Source: Desulfobaccales bacterium | GTDB lineage: Bacteria > Desulfobacterota > Desulfobaccia > Desulfobaccales > 0-14-0-80-60-11 | Length of the DNA: 64,000 nucleotides | Assembly (NCBI GenBank): GCA_052326585.1 | Contig: JBKQLU010000044.1 | Coordinates: forward strand, 92,682 to 156,681 | Direction of reading: 5' to 3' | In this document: in pieces, positions 53,647 through 62,817 of the stretch | Numbering within the stretch: position 1 is the stretch's first letter | Layout: every line of letters starts with the position of its first letter | Notes under the pieces: model-generated | What the model was told of the DNA's origin: nothing | The model's database searches: none | What the model saw: the letters and a program-made list of their open reading frames with translations, nothing else | Translations under genes and position numbers: made by a program

Positions 53647-55089
53647 ATGGAGGAGCGACTGGCCATGAAGCAACCACAATGGGTGCCAAGAATCCATGCC
53701 CTGGGAACCAGCCCGCAGGCCAGACTGGCCCTCGCTGTAACGCACATCAAAAATAGTGAATATCAAGAGGCCTTGAGTGAACTCCGGGCCGCCTTGAAAA
53801 CCAACCCATACCATGCCGATATCCATCTAACTCTCGCCTGGGTCTATACCGCGTTGGACCGGGGAGAGGAAGCCATTGAAGCCGGCCGATCTGCCCTCAA
53901 ATACAACCCCAAGCTGGAACAGGCCCATCTAATCTTGGCACATAACTATAAAAAGCTGGACTATGCCCCTGAGGCCTTGGAGGAGTGTCGCCAAGCCGTA
54001 GAGATCGACCCGAAAAATTTTTATAGCTATCTTCTGTTAGGCGAATTGACTTTTTCGGAAAGGCTCTATGAGGAATCCATCTATGCCTTCAATTCCGCCC
54101 TTAAATACAACCCCCAATTAGAAATGGCACATTATAAACTGGCTAATATCTACCAGCAGAAAAATCAAGAAAATGAAGCCATCGCCGAAATAGAAGCCGC
54201 CCTGCAAATCAATCCAGCCTTGGCTCGTAACCAAATACTGCTGGGCGATATGCTTTTAGCTCGGCATGATTATGAGGCCGCACTGGGCCAGTATAAGGAG
54301 GCGGTGCTGGTTAGTCCGTACATGGCGGAAGCCCATGCCAAAGTCGGCCAATCCTATCTCCATTTGGGATTCAGTCATGAAGCTTTGCAAGCCTTTCGGG
54401 TAGCGCTGCGATTGAACCCGAAACTCGCTGAAGCTCACCTGGGATTGGGGAAAATCTATCTTTCCTTCCGGAAAAGCTCGCCGGCACTGCAAGAATACCA
54501 AGCAGCGTTGGCCCTAAATTCCCAATTGCTGGAGGCACGCGCCGGCTTAGGAGATGTGTTTACTCTGGGAGGACGCTATCAGGAGGCCATCACGGAGTAT
54601 CGGATGGCTCTGCGGCTTATCCAGAAGGGAAGTCTTCGGGGAGAACACTACGCGGCGCAAGGCGAGTATCTCCAGGCAATCGTGGAATTTCGCCACGCTT
54701 TGGATCTTGGGGCCGAGATAATTCTGCCGGACTCGGAATCCGGCAAGCTCATAAAAATGCCCTACCCGGTAGCAGACGAGCGGCGGCGGTACGAACGGTT
54801 CCTCCTCAGGATGCCGGTGGATGTCCGGGAAGGTCCGGGAGCCTATTCTTCCGCCATCATTTTAAATGTCTCCAAGCGGGGTCTGGCGCTCGAAACTACC
54901 TGGGAAATGCCAATGGGCTTCCAAGTGGAAATAATTACCCCCTGGATTCAAAATGATCGAAAAATAGCAGTCCCCGCACGGGTTGTCAGGCTGGAAAGAA
55001 AGGATTCAGGGGAGCATTACCGGTTGGGGTTGGAATTGTCATCCGAAGAGGCAGATAGTAGAGATTGGCAAGACTTTCTTGTTGCCTGA
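53647..55089 (+). CDS. TPR-repeat protein with C-terminal PilZ domain
   Basis: About 9 TPR repeats (aa ~30-340), then RRRYERF (RxxxR, aa 380-384) and NVSKRG ((D/N)xSxxG, aa 407-412). Confidence 0.82.
   Translation: MEERLAMKQPQWVPRIHALGTSPQARLALAVTHIKNSEYQEALSELRAALKTNPYHADIHLTLAWVYTALDRGEEAIEAGRSALKYNPKLEQAHLILAHNYKKLDYAPEALEECRQAVEIDPKNFYSYLLLGELTFSERLYEESIYAFNSALKYNPQLEMAHYKLANIYQQKNQENEAIAEIEAALQINPALARNQILLGDMLLARHDYEAALGQYKEAVLVSPYMAEAHAKVGQSYLHLGFSHEALQAFRVALRLNPKLAEAHLGLGKIYLSFRKSSPALQEYQAALALNSQLLEARAGLGDVFTLGGRYQEAITEYRMALRLIQKGSLRGEHYAAQGEYLQAIVEFRHALDLGAEIILPDSESGKLIKMPYPVADERRRYERFLLRMPVDVREGPGAYSSAIILNVSKRGLALETTWEMPMGFQVEIITPWIQNDRKIAVPARVVRLERKDSGEHYRLGLELSSEEADSRDWQDFLVA
54775..55086 (+). 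other. Domain: PilZ (c-di-GMP receptor signature intact)
   Basis: ERRRYERFLLRMPVDV...ILNVSKRGLALE...ARVVRLE...YRLGLEL. Confidence 0.75.
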
Positions 55090-55236
55090 TAATGGTTAGG
55101 TTGCATGACTCGAAGGCTCAGGGGAATCAGTTTCCCTTGAATACTGGGAGCGATGGCCTGGCGCACGAATTTGGAGGTCGGCCTATTAGCTATAAGGAAG
55201 TAGAAGAAGGAATTTCGACTACTAAGGGACAAACTT

Positions 55237-57525
55237 TTGGCGACTCAACTACCTAAATTTCGAAATGATTTTGAGGTTGTCCCGCGACTTGTCGAAGGAG
55301 AAGGCCTCCGGTATATTCTTAAAGATGTTCACAACGACAGAATTTTTGCTTTTGGAGAAGAAGAGTATTTTATCTGCCGGCAATTTGATGGGAAGACATC
55401 ACTTCCTGTCATTCAGGAGTCATTCTATCAGCAATTCCATACTCCCCTAGAACTTGAGCAACTTGAAGCTTTCGTCAGGCAACTTGCCAGTATGGAGTTG
55501 TTGGAATACGCCCTGGCGCCCGAAGAAATTCCCTGGCACTTTCCGATCTATTATAAGAAGCATATTCTCGGCAACCCCGACCGTTGGCTGCATCGACTGG
55601 CCCCCGTGTTCTCCTGGTGTTTCACCCGGACTTTTATGGTTGGGGTCGCCTTCTTCATGCTCATGTTGTCGATGCTCCTGAGCAATTATTTTTCCTTCTT
55701 TCACCATGAAGTGAAACATACCTTGTGGAACCCGGGTCCCTTTGTATTGGAAACGCTGTTGGGGCTTTTTGTCGTCAATCCAATAGGGGAGTTCGGCAAG
55801 GCCTTCGCTTTAAAGCATTGGGGAGGTAATATCCCCGAGGTCTGTGTGGGCTTATCCTACCGCTTGGTACCCACCTTTCATTTTGACCTCATGGATCTCT
55901 GGATGAAAAAAAGGGCGGTGCAACTGAAAGTTTTGTCGGCGGGCTTGATTGCGCAGCTTTTGCTCGTGGCCATCGGCATGCTGGGCTGGAGGATCACCGC
56001 TCCCTGGACCGGTATGCATACCTTTTGGGTAATCTTCTCGGTGGCGGCCCAATTTTTTTTCCTCATCAACTTTCTTCCTCTTTTACCCAGGGACGGCTAT
56101 TATCTGCTGGGAGCCTGGTTAGAAGTTCCGGACCTATTTTTACGCTCCCGTTCTTTGGTGGAAGCCTGGTTTTTCCGCAGGCCCCTGCCGGAGCCGGTAA
56201 CCTCCAGGCAAAGACTGTGGTACAAGGTCTTTGGAGGTTTATCAATCGCCTTTCTTTTTTCGTTCTGGCTGTTGGTGCTTGGAATCATCGGTTACTGCCT
56301 GATCTGGTATTGGAATTTGAAGGGATTAGGCGCATGTTTATTTTTAATGATACTAGGACTACGATATGGTGATGCTATGAAACAGCTAGGTTCAAGACTT
56401 GTTTCTCCCCAAGGGCCTTTTTCCCATCAAAAACGCTTTTTTACCAAGAAGCGCCTAATCTGGCTGGGAGTGCTGGTCCTTTTGCTCATCCTCTTTTTTA
56501 TTCCCTATCCCTATGATGCCGGTGGCGATTTCTGGATTTTGCCGACTCATCAGCTATCCCTCCGGGCGGTAGTGTCGGGGGAAATTGAAGAGGTAATGGT
56601 ACATGAAGGCGACTGGGTTCAAAAAGGGCAGCTCCTGGCCCTCCTCCTGGACAAGGACCAAAAGGCCAAGATGGAAAGCGCCAAGGAAAACCTGACTGCG
56701 GCTCAGGAAAAGCTCAACATGATGAGGATAGGGGCCAAACCGGAGGAGATTGCCAAGGCTGAGCAAGAAGTCAAGTTGGCCCGAACGGCTCTGGCGTATA
56801 GTACCGTTGAAGCCAACCGCTACACGAAAATGTATCAAGAAAAAGCGGTTTCGGAAAAAGATTATCTAGATTACTTGAAGACCCGGGATGAAGACCGGGA
56901 GAAAGTCATCCTGGCCCAGAAGAATTTGGAATTGGTGAAGGTTCCTTTCCGGCCGGAAGAAATCAGGGCCCAAGAGGCCGAAGTGCGCCGCCTGGAAGCG
57001 GAGTTGACCCTGGCCGAAAAGAATCTCCATCTTACTAAAATCTGCGCCCCCGCTGAAGGCAGGCTCATAACTGCCCGTCCTTTAGAAAAGGTCGGCCAGT
57101 ATCTAGATGTGGGCGACATGCTGGGCGTAATAGAAGACGCCCGCATTATCGAAGCTGAAATTGAGATTCTCGAAAATGATATCACTCTGGTCAGGTTGGG
57201 GGCCCGGGTGAAGATCAAGACCTGGGCCAGGCCCACCAAAACTTATATCGGGACAGTAACGGCCATTGCTCCCGCGGCTTATAATGAGCCGCGGCATCGG
57301 GTGGAGCGGGTCCTGACCGAAAAGGAATATCGGGGTATGCAGGTCCTGCCGCAACAAGGAGGGGTAATTCGGGTTATCTCCGAATTTCCTAAGACCGACG
57401 GCTTGCTCCACACCGACATGACCGGCTATGCCAAGATTCACACCAGATATATGCCGTTCGGCGTGGCTTGGACCCGCTGGCTGATGCGCTTAATCTTGGT
57501 TGAAATTTGGTCGTGGATACCGTAG
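55237..57525 (+). CDS. Fusion protein: soluble N-domain + M50/S2P-like polytopic membrane domain with degenerate active site + HlyD-type periplasmic adaptor
   Basis: TTG start. The membrane core reads NPIGEFGKAFALKHWGG where M50 proteases have HExxH, yet it keeps the NFLPLLPRDGYY (NxxPxxxxDG-like) motif. The C-terminal ~330 aa are HlyD/MFP (lipoyl-like VSGEIEEVMVHEGDWVQKGQLLALL, long coiled coil, APAEGRL). Confidence 0.75.
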   Translation: MATQLPKFRNDFEVVPRLVEGEGLRYILKDVHNDRIFAFGEEEYFICRQFDGKTSLPVIQESFYQQFHTPLELEQLEAFVRQLASMELLEYALAPEEIPWHFPIYYKKHILGNPDRWLHRLAPVFSWCFTRTFMVGVAFFMLMLSMLLSNYFSFFHHEVKHTLWNPGPFVLETLLGLFVVNPIGEFGKAFALKHWGGNIPEVCVGLSYRLVPTFHFDLMDLWMKKRAVQLKVLSAGLIAQLLLVAIGMLGWRITAPWTGMHTFWVIFSVAAQFFFLINFLPLLPRDGYYLLGAWLEVPDLFLRSRSLVEAWFFRRPLPEPVTSRQRLWYKVFGGLSIAFLFSFWLLVLGIIGYCLIWYWNLKGLGACLFLMILGLRYGDAMKQLGSRLVSPQGPFSHQKRFFTKKRLIWLGVLVLLLILFFIPYPYDAGGDFWILPTHQLSLRAVVSGEIEEVMVHEGDWVQKGQLLALLLDKDQKAKMESAKENLTAAQEKLNMMRIGAKPEEIAKAEQEVKLARTALAYSTVEANRYTKMYQEKAVSEKDYLDYLKTRDEDREKVILAQKNLELVKVPFRPEEIRAQEAEVRRLEAELTLAEKNLHLTKICAPAEGRLITARPLEKVGQYLDVGDMLGVIEDARIIEAEIEILENDITLVRLGARVKIKTWARPTKTYIGTVTAIAPAAYNEPRHRVERVLTEKEYRGMQVLPQQGGVIRVISEFPKTDGLLHTDMTGYAKIHTRYMPFGVAWTRWLMRLILVEIWSWIP

Positions 57526-57583
57526 AAAGGTGTAGCTGGCCCACCCTGATTTTAAGGGATTGTGCCTGAAAGGAGGGGGACCC

Positions 57584-59005
57584 TTGACTGATACCCGCAC
57601 GGCAAACTTCCGGGGAACAGAATACCGACCGGGAAGATCTCTGCAGCCCGGCATCGTCTCTGCGGCGCTTCTGCTGGCAATCATTCTGGCACTGGCGGTC
57701 ACCGCCTCCAGGGCTCAGGAGCGTACCCAGGTAATTTCCATTGAAGATGCTTACCGTATGGCTCTTCAAAGCCATGAACTGATTCTCATTTCCGAGAAAG
57801 AAATTGATAAAAGCAAGCTGGGTACGAAGAAAGCCCTGGCCATGATGTTGCCTCACGCCGATTTATCAGGCACTTATCAGACGGTCGATAAGGCCATCAC
57901 CCAGTCTAATATACTTAACGTCATCAATATCTTGCCCAAAGACCAGACCATGGGAGATATCAAGGTCACGAACTCGATCTATAATCCTAATTATTTCCCG
58001 GCCCGGCGCCAGGCTAATGAGACGATCGATAAAACCACCAATAATTGCTACCAGGTCATCCAGGATGTCCTCCTCCAGGTGGGTAAGGAATATTATCTGG
58101 TCTTGCGCGCCAATGAATTGGTGCAGAATTCCAAAGGACTGATCCAGACAGCCCAGGAAGCAGTCCGGGAAAGTAAAGTAAAATTTGCCGCCGGCGCCGT
58201 CACCGAAGATGTGCTGCTCGGGTCCTTAATGGACTTGGCCACCATGGAAAATAAACTCATTAGTGACTCCAACCGGTTGAGACTGGCCAAGGATGACCTC
58301 AGGAATCTTATCAGTCTGAAAACCGCGAACTTCGAGGTCGCCAAGCCGGCGCATTTGACGGAACCGAATCAAAGCTACGAGACCTTACTCGGTTCCGCCT
58401 ATGATCACCGGTTTGACCATAAGATGTCGATATCAGATGTGGAGCTCGCTAAAAGCGGGGTGGAAGTGGTGAAAGCCCATTTTCAGCCGTCGCTGGATGT
58501 CAGTTGGGAGTACTATTCCGTCCACCATCCGAGATACGACCAGGACGCCAACAACTGGGCAGCAGTTGCCTCTGTAACGTTCCCGTTTTTGGAAGGAGGT
58601 CTGCGGGTCTGGGAACTCAGGGAGGCCAAGGAGACTTTGGAACAAGCCAAATTGTCCCTGGCAGACAAGAGGCGCAGTATCAGAATGGAAGTCGACAGCG
58701 CCATGCTTACGGTCTACAACAATAAAAGCCTGTTGCTAAAAATGCAGAGCCAGATAGATTTGGCCCAAAAGAATTATGAGATTGTTTTTTCCAAGTTCAA
58801 GCATGGAGCTGCGACCATTGTGGATTTGAGTCAAGCTTTGTCCGCCTTGGGGAGCGCTAAAACCGATCTTATCAACAAGACCTATGACTACCAAACTTCG
58901 CTTTTGGATTTGCAAAAGGCCACCGGCATTTTCGTTTTAGATTTTATCACAGGGTTGCGTCTTCAGGGGAATTCTATTGCTCCTGCCATTAATAATAAGA
59001 GGTAG
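57584..59005 (+). CDS. TolC-family outer-membrane efflux protein
   Basis: TTG start with an AGGAGG SD (the ORF track starts at 57560). Signal-like AALLLAIILALAVTASRAQE, and two OEP repeats with long helical segments. Confidence 0.82.
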   Translation: MTDTRTANFRGTEYRPGRSLQPGIVSAALLLAIILALAVTASRAQERTQVISIEDAYRMALQSHELILISEKEIDKSKLGTKKALAMMLPHADLSGTYQTVDKAITQSNILNVINILPKDQTMGDIKVTNSIYNPNYFPARRQANETIDKTTNNCYQVIQDVLLQVGKEYYLVLRANELVQNSKGLIQTAQEAVRESKVKFAAGAVTEDVLLGSLMDLATMENKLISDSNRLRLAKDDLRNLISLKTANFEVAKPAHLTEPNQSYETLLGSAYDHRFDHKMSISDVELAKSGVEVVKAHFQPSLDVSWEYYSVHHPRYDQDANNWAAVASVTFPFLEGGLRVWELREAKETLEQAKLSLADKRRSIRMEVDSAMLTVYNNKSLLLKMQSQIDLAQKNYEIVFSKFKHGAATIVDLSQALSALGSAKTDLINKTYDYQTSLLDLQKATGIFVLDFITGLRLQGNSIAPAINNKR

Positions 59006-59098
59006 CCCAGCCCTAACATGACCTTGCGGTTCGTTTATGAAGAGCAGGCAGACCCTGCGGGGTTTCTTTAAGTCATAATTCTTACCCACTTCACAGGA

Positions 59099-59659
59099 GT
59101 GATGCATAAGAAAATGGACAGGCAAAAATTGATCGTTATCGTCACCCTGGGTTTTTTCTGGATTTGCGCCCAAACTCTGGGTGGCTGTGTGGTTTTTCCA
59201 GCGGTGGCCATCCGCGGCGCCGCTCCCTATGAGGGAAACCTGGCTCAGACCGATCTCCCCGAACTGGCTCACCGGGAGGATGTTATCGATCTTGCCTGCC
59301 GCCTTGGAGAATGCCTCGGTTACGCGGTTTCCTTGAAAACCGATGACACCATTATCTTGTTATACGAGACGTCTGAGATTAAAGAGCCAGTTACCGGCGA
59401 TTATCAATCGACTAAAATATTCGTTTATAAAGTGAAACCATTTACGTTAAATTCTGCTCAATCCAAGGATAAAGACTTTGAAAGAATATATCGGAAAATC
59501 ATGCCGACCCAACACACAGAGACAACGGTGCATCTTGCTGTTTATGATGGTGGTGTTTATCCTGCCGGTGTCCAAGAAAGTGTCAATAACATAATGGAAG
59601 ATTTTAAAACAAGATTGCTCTTTTTGGCCTCGCGCTCGCCGTCTGACAAGGGCCTTTAG
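59099..59659 (+). CDS. Hypothetical lipoprotein
   Basis: Lipobox TLGGC after a hydrophobic h-region. No recognisable family. Confidence 0.55.
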   Translation: MMHKKMDRQKLIVIVTLGFFWICAQTLGGCVVFPAVAIRGAAPYEGNLAQTDLPELAHREDVIDLACRLGECLGYAVSLKTDDTIILLYETSEIKEPVTGDYQSTKIFVYKVKPFTLNSAQSKDKDFERIYRKIMPTQHTETTVHLAVYDGGVYPAGVQESVNNIMEDFKTRLLFLASRSPSDKGL

Positions 59660-60068
59660 GAATAAGGAGAAATATCTAACCTGGCACTTGGGGGCATCTA
59701 CGGTCGATGGATTCCAGGAGATGGGAAAAAAGACCTCCCGAACATTCTTCAAGGTTCATAGGGCTGTCCGGGACAATCGCATCTGGCCCTCATTAGGGAA
59801 GAGTATAATTATATTATATTAGGAGGACCGAACCAGAGTTAGGGGTTTGGTTTCGTCATTTTCGAAGAGTAAAGGATGAGATTTACTTTGCAGACTATAA
59901 TACTAACGCTAACTCATGGTATAAGTACATTATGACAGATGTCATCTCAATTTTGAGGGATACAAATTCAAAATCGTCTAGGCTAATTGAAGAGATGACC
60001 AGGGAAAGATAACAAACAACCTGCCCCTCGGAACCCTAATACCTTCACTACTGCCTAATATTAATAAC

Positions 60069-60179
60069 TTAGTGCCAGTAAATTTTAATATGATAAATTG
60101 CAACCAGTATGGCCACAGCCAGGATCACGAACGGCAGAAAGGGGATGAGTCTGCGTCCGACTTTTTTGAAGTTTCTCAT
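60069..60179 (-). CDS. Hypothetical 36-aa single-TM peptide
   Basis: MRNFKKVGRRLIPFLPFVILAVAILVAIYHIKIYWH. The AGGAG SD overlaps the TauE stop codon. Confidence 0.3.
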   Translation of the reverse strand: MRNFKKVGRRLIPFLPFVILAVAILVAIYHIKIYWH

Positions 60180-60192
60180 GTTCAGGCCACTC

Positions 60193-61317
60193 CTAAATAC
60201 TGAAAGGCAACCTCCAGAAATAATTAATAACATAAAGAATCCCAACCGTTCCCGTGACCGCTCCCAGCATGGGTTTGAGATATTCCTCCGGAATAAACTT
60301 CTGAGTCTTCGAGGCCAGCCAGGCGCCAAAGATGGCCCCGCTGGAAGCAAATAATGCGAAGCTCCAATCCGGGGGAGTTGAGATTCCGGTGAGCAACGGC
60401 AGAGTCACCGTAAAAGAAAGCAGCCCCGTGATGGAGAGAATGATGACATAGGGTATGGTTGCAGCCACTAGAACGTACATGGGCATACCGAAGAACGATA
60501 CCAGAATCGGTACCAGCAAGAAGCCTCCCCCCGCTCCCAAGGCTGAGGAGACCACCCCCACGATAAAGCCAATGAACACCATGAGAGGTATATTAAAGGT
60601 TTGCCTTTCCCCCCAATAGCCTATCGTAAAATGCTTCCATGACCTCGCCAGAGTGACGATGCGGAAATCCTCCGGCAGCCCAGATGGGGCCTTGCCAGCT
60701 TTGAAGGATTCGTTCATCAGGTTATCAAACTTTTCTTTAAAAGATCTTTGGCGTGCATTTTTACTTAAGTACCAGGGAGTAAGTTGCATACACAGATCAA
60801 TCGCCATGAGCAATAAGGCAATGCCGGTGACACATTTAAAAGGAACAGGATCGCTCAAGAAGAAAACGCGGATAAAAGGACCGATGGGAGAACCGAAAAA
60901 AGCGCCCAGGGACAGCCATAGCGCCAAATCAATGTTCCATTGTTTCTCCCGCCAGAATCCGAGGAGGGCGCCAAGAGGGTTTAGAAAGGTGACGATTAAG
61001 GTCGTTGAACTAACACTGACGCTGGAAAATTGTAAAACCGACATAGTATAAGGCAGAAGAAAGATCCCCGCAGCCTGCCCCACGATTCCCATAGTGTACC
61101 CGGTCCAGAATCCCATCCAAAGAAGATGCCATATGGGTACCCGTATGCCGGCAATGGGGAAGGGACGGTCTGCTCCCGGTAGGTAACCATATTCAAGGTA
61201 GCTGACAAGGATGCCAACTACAAATACCCCGACAACCAATGGGATTTGCTCGCAGATAAATTCCTTCAGGACCGGGTGTTGTCTCCAAAAACTCTCTGAG
61301 GCTTGATCTGCATTCAC
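60193..61317 (-). CDS. TauE/SafE-family sulfite/organosulfonate exporter-type permease
   Basis: Duplicated 4-TM halves. LGAGGGFLLVPILVSFFGMP and GAFFGSPIGPFI motifs. Confidence 0.75.
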   Translation of the reverse strand: MNADQASESFWRQHPVLKEFICEQIPLVVGVFVVGILVSYLEYGYLPGADRPFPIAGIRVPIWHLLWMGFWTGYTMGIVGQAAGIFLLPYTMSVLQFSSVSVSSTTLIVTFLNPLGALLGFWREKQWNIDLALWLSLGAFFGSPIGPFIRVFFLSDPVPFKCVTGIALLLMAIDLCMQLTPWYLSKNARQRSFKEKFDNLMNESFKAGKAPSGLPEDFRIVTLARSWKHFTIGYWGERQTFNIPLMVFIGFIVGVVSSALGAGGGFLLVPILVSFFGMPMYVLVAATIPYVIILSITGLLSFTVTLPLLTGISTPPDWSFALFASSGAIFGAWLASKTQKFIPEEYLKPMLGAVTGTVGILYVINYFWRLPFSI

Positions 61318-61404
61318 GGCTAGTTCTTTTCACTCTGGTAACTTGGGCATAGTCTTCAAGAGCCCATCCCAAACTCAGTTGAAAGTTTGCGGATGGGGTT
61401 AAAG

Positions 61405-61650
61405 TTAACAAAGATTAGGCTGCCTTTGGTTTGGAGTCAAGGGCAACCTCCTTAAAGAAACCGCCAGGGCCAAGAGGCTCACACCCGGGGAAAAACCGCT
61501 GAGGGCCCAAGGAATTGGGTTGCCGCCGTGACTTTTCTTGTAGGGCTGGCATCCCGCCAGTAGCGTAAGCCTTTTTGATAGCAAAGAAATGCTGCCGGGA
61601 CACGCCCAGCACCCTGGAAAATCAAACAATGACCACCAAGACCTCAAAGA
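61405..61650 (-). pseudogene. IS481/IS3-style transposase N-terminal HTH fragment (in-frame stop, truncated)
   Basis: Translation ...LFEVLVVIV*FSRVLGVSRQHFFAIKKAYATGGMPALQEKSRRQPN matches the HTH...SRRP N-terminus pattern of IS481-type transposases. No catalytic domain follows. Confidence 0.45.
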
Positions 61651-62798
61651 GTTGTTTTGCCGACGTACCGGCGCTTGACGCAAAAATATTCTTTCCAGCG
61701 GCGCCAGGCCCGCTGCCCCATAATCAGTTCTTCATGAAGGTCGCCGCTGGGAAAGGGTAATGGCTTGGGGGCTTCTTTCCAGATGCCCTTTTCTCTTCTC
61801 GCCTCCCGCTGGTCTATGAGCCAGTCATTATAGCTCTCATAGACAATGTGCCCCTCTGGGGCATCCAGGGTGGCAGCCCGGATACGGCCATCCAGTTCGC
61901 GGAACCGCGCAGCCTCTTCCTCGCTTATCTGCAAAGGCTCAACGTCTAGGCGGTATCCCGCCTCGGCCAATTCTTTTCCAGCGACTCCGGCAAAGATGCG
62001 CTGTTCCCGGAGACTCAGGTATTCCCGGTAAATTCCCATATATTTATCGCTCACCGCGTGTCCCAATGGCTTATGGTCCCGGGTGGCCCCGCGGGCCTTG
62101 CAGATATCAGTCTGGTAAAATTCCAGCATGGCTGGATGATAATCTTCCTCCAGAAAATCACAGATCTGGCGTAGGACTTTCTCCGGCTCTTTGACCAGGG
62201 TTTCGTATTGAACATCCAGCCAATCGTGGGGATGAAGCCTGGCGCGCCAGGGCTTAACCGCGTTCTGGCACATCTTCCAGGTTTCGGCGGCAGAGAAGAT
62301 ATTGGTAGGGCCAAACGCCGATTGCAGGTAATCCGTGCAGGCGTCCCGTCCATCACGGGTTATATAAATAAATTGCGTATTGGGAAAATCCTCCTTGATC
62401 TCCTTTACGAAAAAAAGATTGTGGGGCGTCTTTTCGCCCCATCTGGGCTTGTTGCCGGCCTCTCGCGCATAGCGCGCCTGCATGGCGCAGTATATTCCGG
62501 CAAAGCTCCGCTCTTTAAGTTCGGCCAGGATCTCATCCAGGATCGTTCTGGGGTTTACCTTCATTCCCCAGAAAGGCGTCTTGAGACCAAAGACCATCTC
62601 CTCGGCGAGCGTCCTGAGATTATCGTTATTGCTCAGATCTCCATAAGTGTAGAGATAAGGTCTGAATCGCGGATAATACCAGACTACTTCCGGGACGGCG
62701 ATCCTGGGGTGACATCCCAGCATGGCCATGACCAGCGTTGTGCCGGACCTTTCGTGGCCGATCATCATGATCGGCTTTTCCAGCAACGTTATGGCCAT
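61644..62798 (-). CDS. Sulfotransferase family protein (Sulfotransfer_3-like)
   Basis: 5'-PSB loop MMIGHERSGTTLVMAML, 3'-PB-like ITRDGRDA. 384 aa. Confidence 0.75.
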   Translation of the reverse strand: MAITLLEKPIMMIGHERSGTTLVMAMLGCHPRIAVPEVVWYYPRFRPYLYTYGDLSNNDNLRTLAEEMVFGLKTPFWGMKVNPRTILDEILAELKERSFAGIYCAMQARYAREAGNKPRWGEKTPHNLFFVKEIKEDFPNTQFIYITRDGRDACTDYLQSAFGPTNIFSAAETWKMCQNAVKPWRARLHPHDWLDVQYETLVKEPEKVLRQICDFLEEDYHPAMLEFYQTDICKARGATRDHKPLGHAVSDKYMGIYREYLSLREQRIFAGVAGKELAEAGYRLDVEPLQISEEEAARFRELDGRIRAATLDAPEGHIVYESYNDWLIDQREARREKGIWKEAPKPLPFPSGDLHEELIMGQRAWRRWKEYFCVKRRYVGKTTL

Positions 62799-62817
62799 GA
62801 AAATTCTCCTTTGTCTG

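Noticed and set aside
59760-60068. AT-rich spacer with a 14-bp palindrome ATGACAGATGTCAT (59932-59945) and tiny ORFs (19 and 26 codons)
   Set aside because: No SD supports either tiny ORF, and there is no recognisable RNA motif. The region may hold promoters or operators for flanking genes, but nothing specific can be supported from sequence alone.
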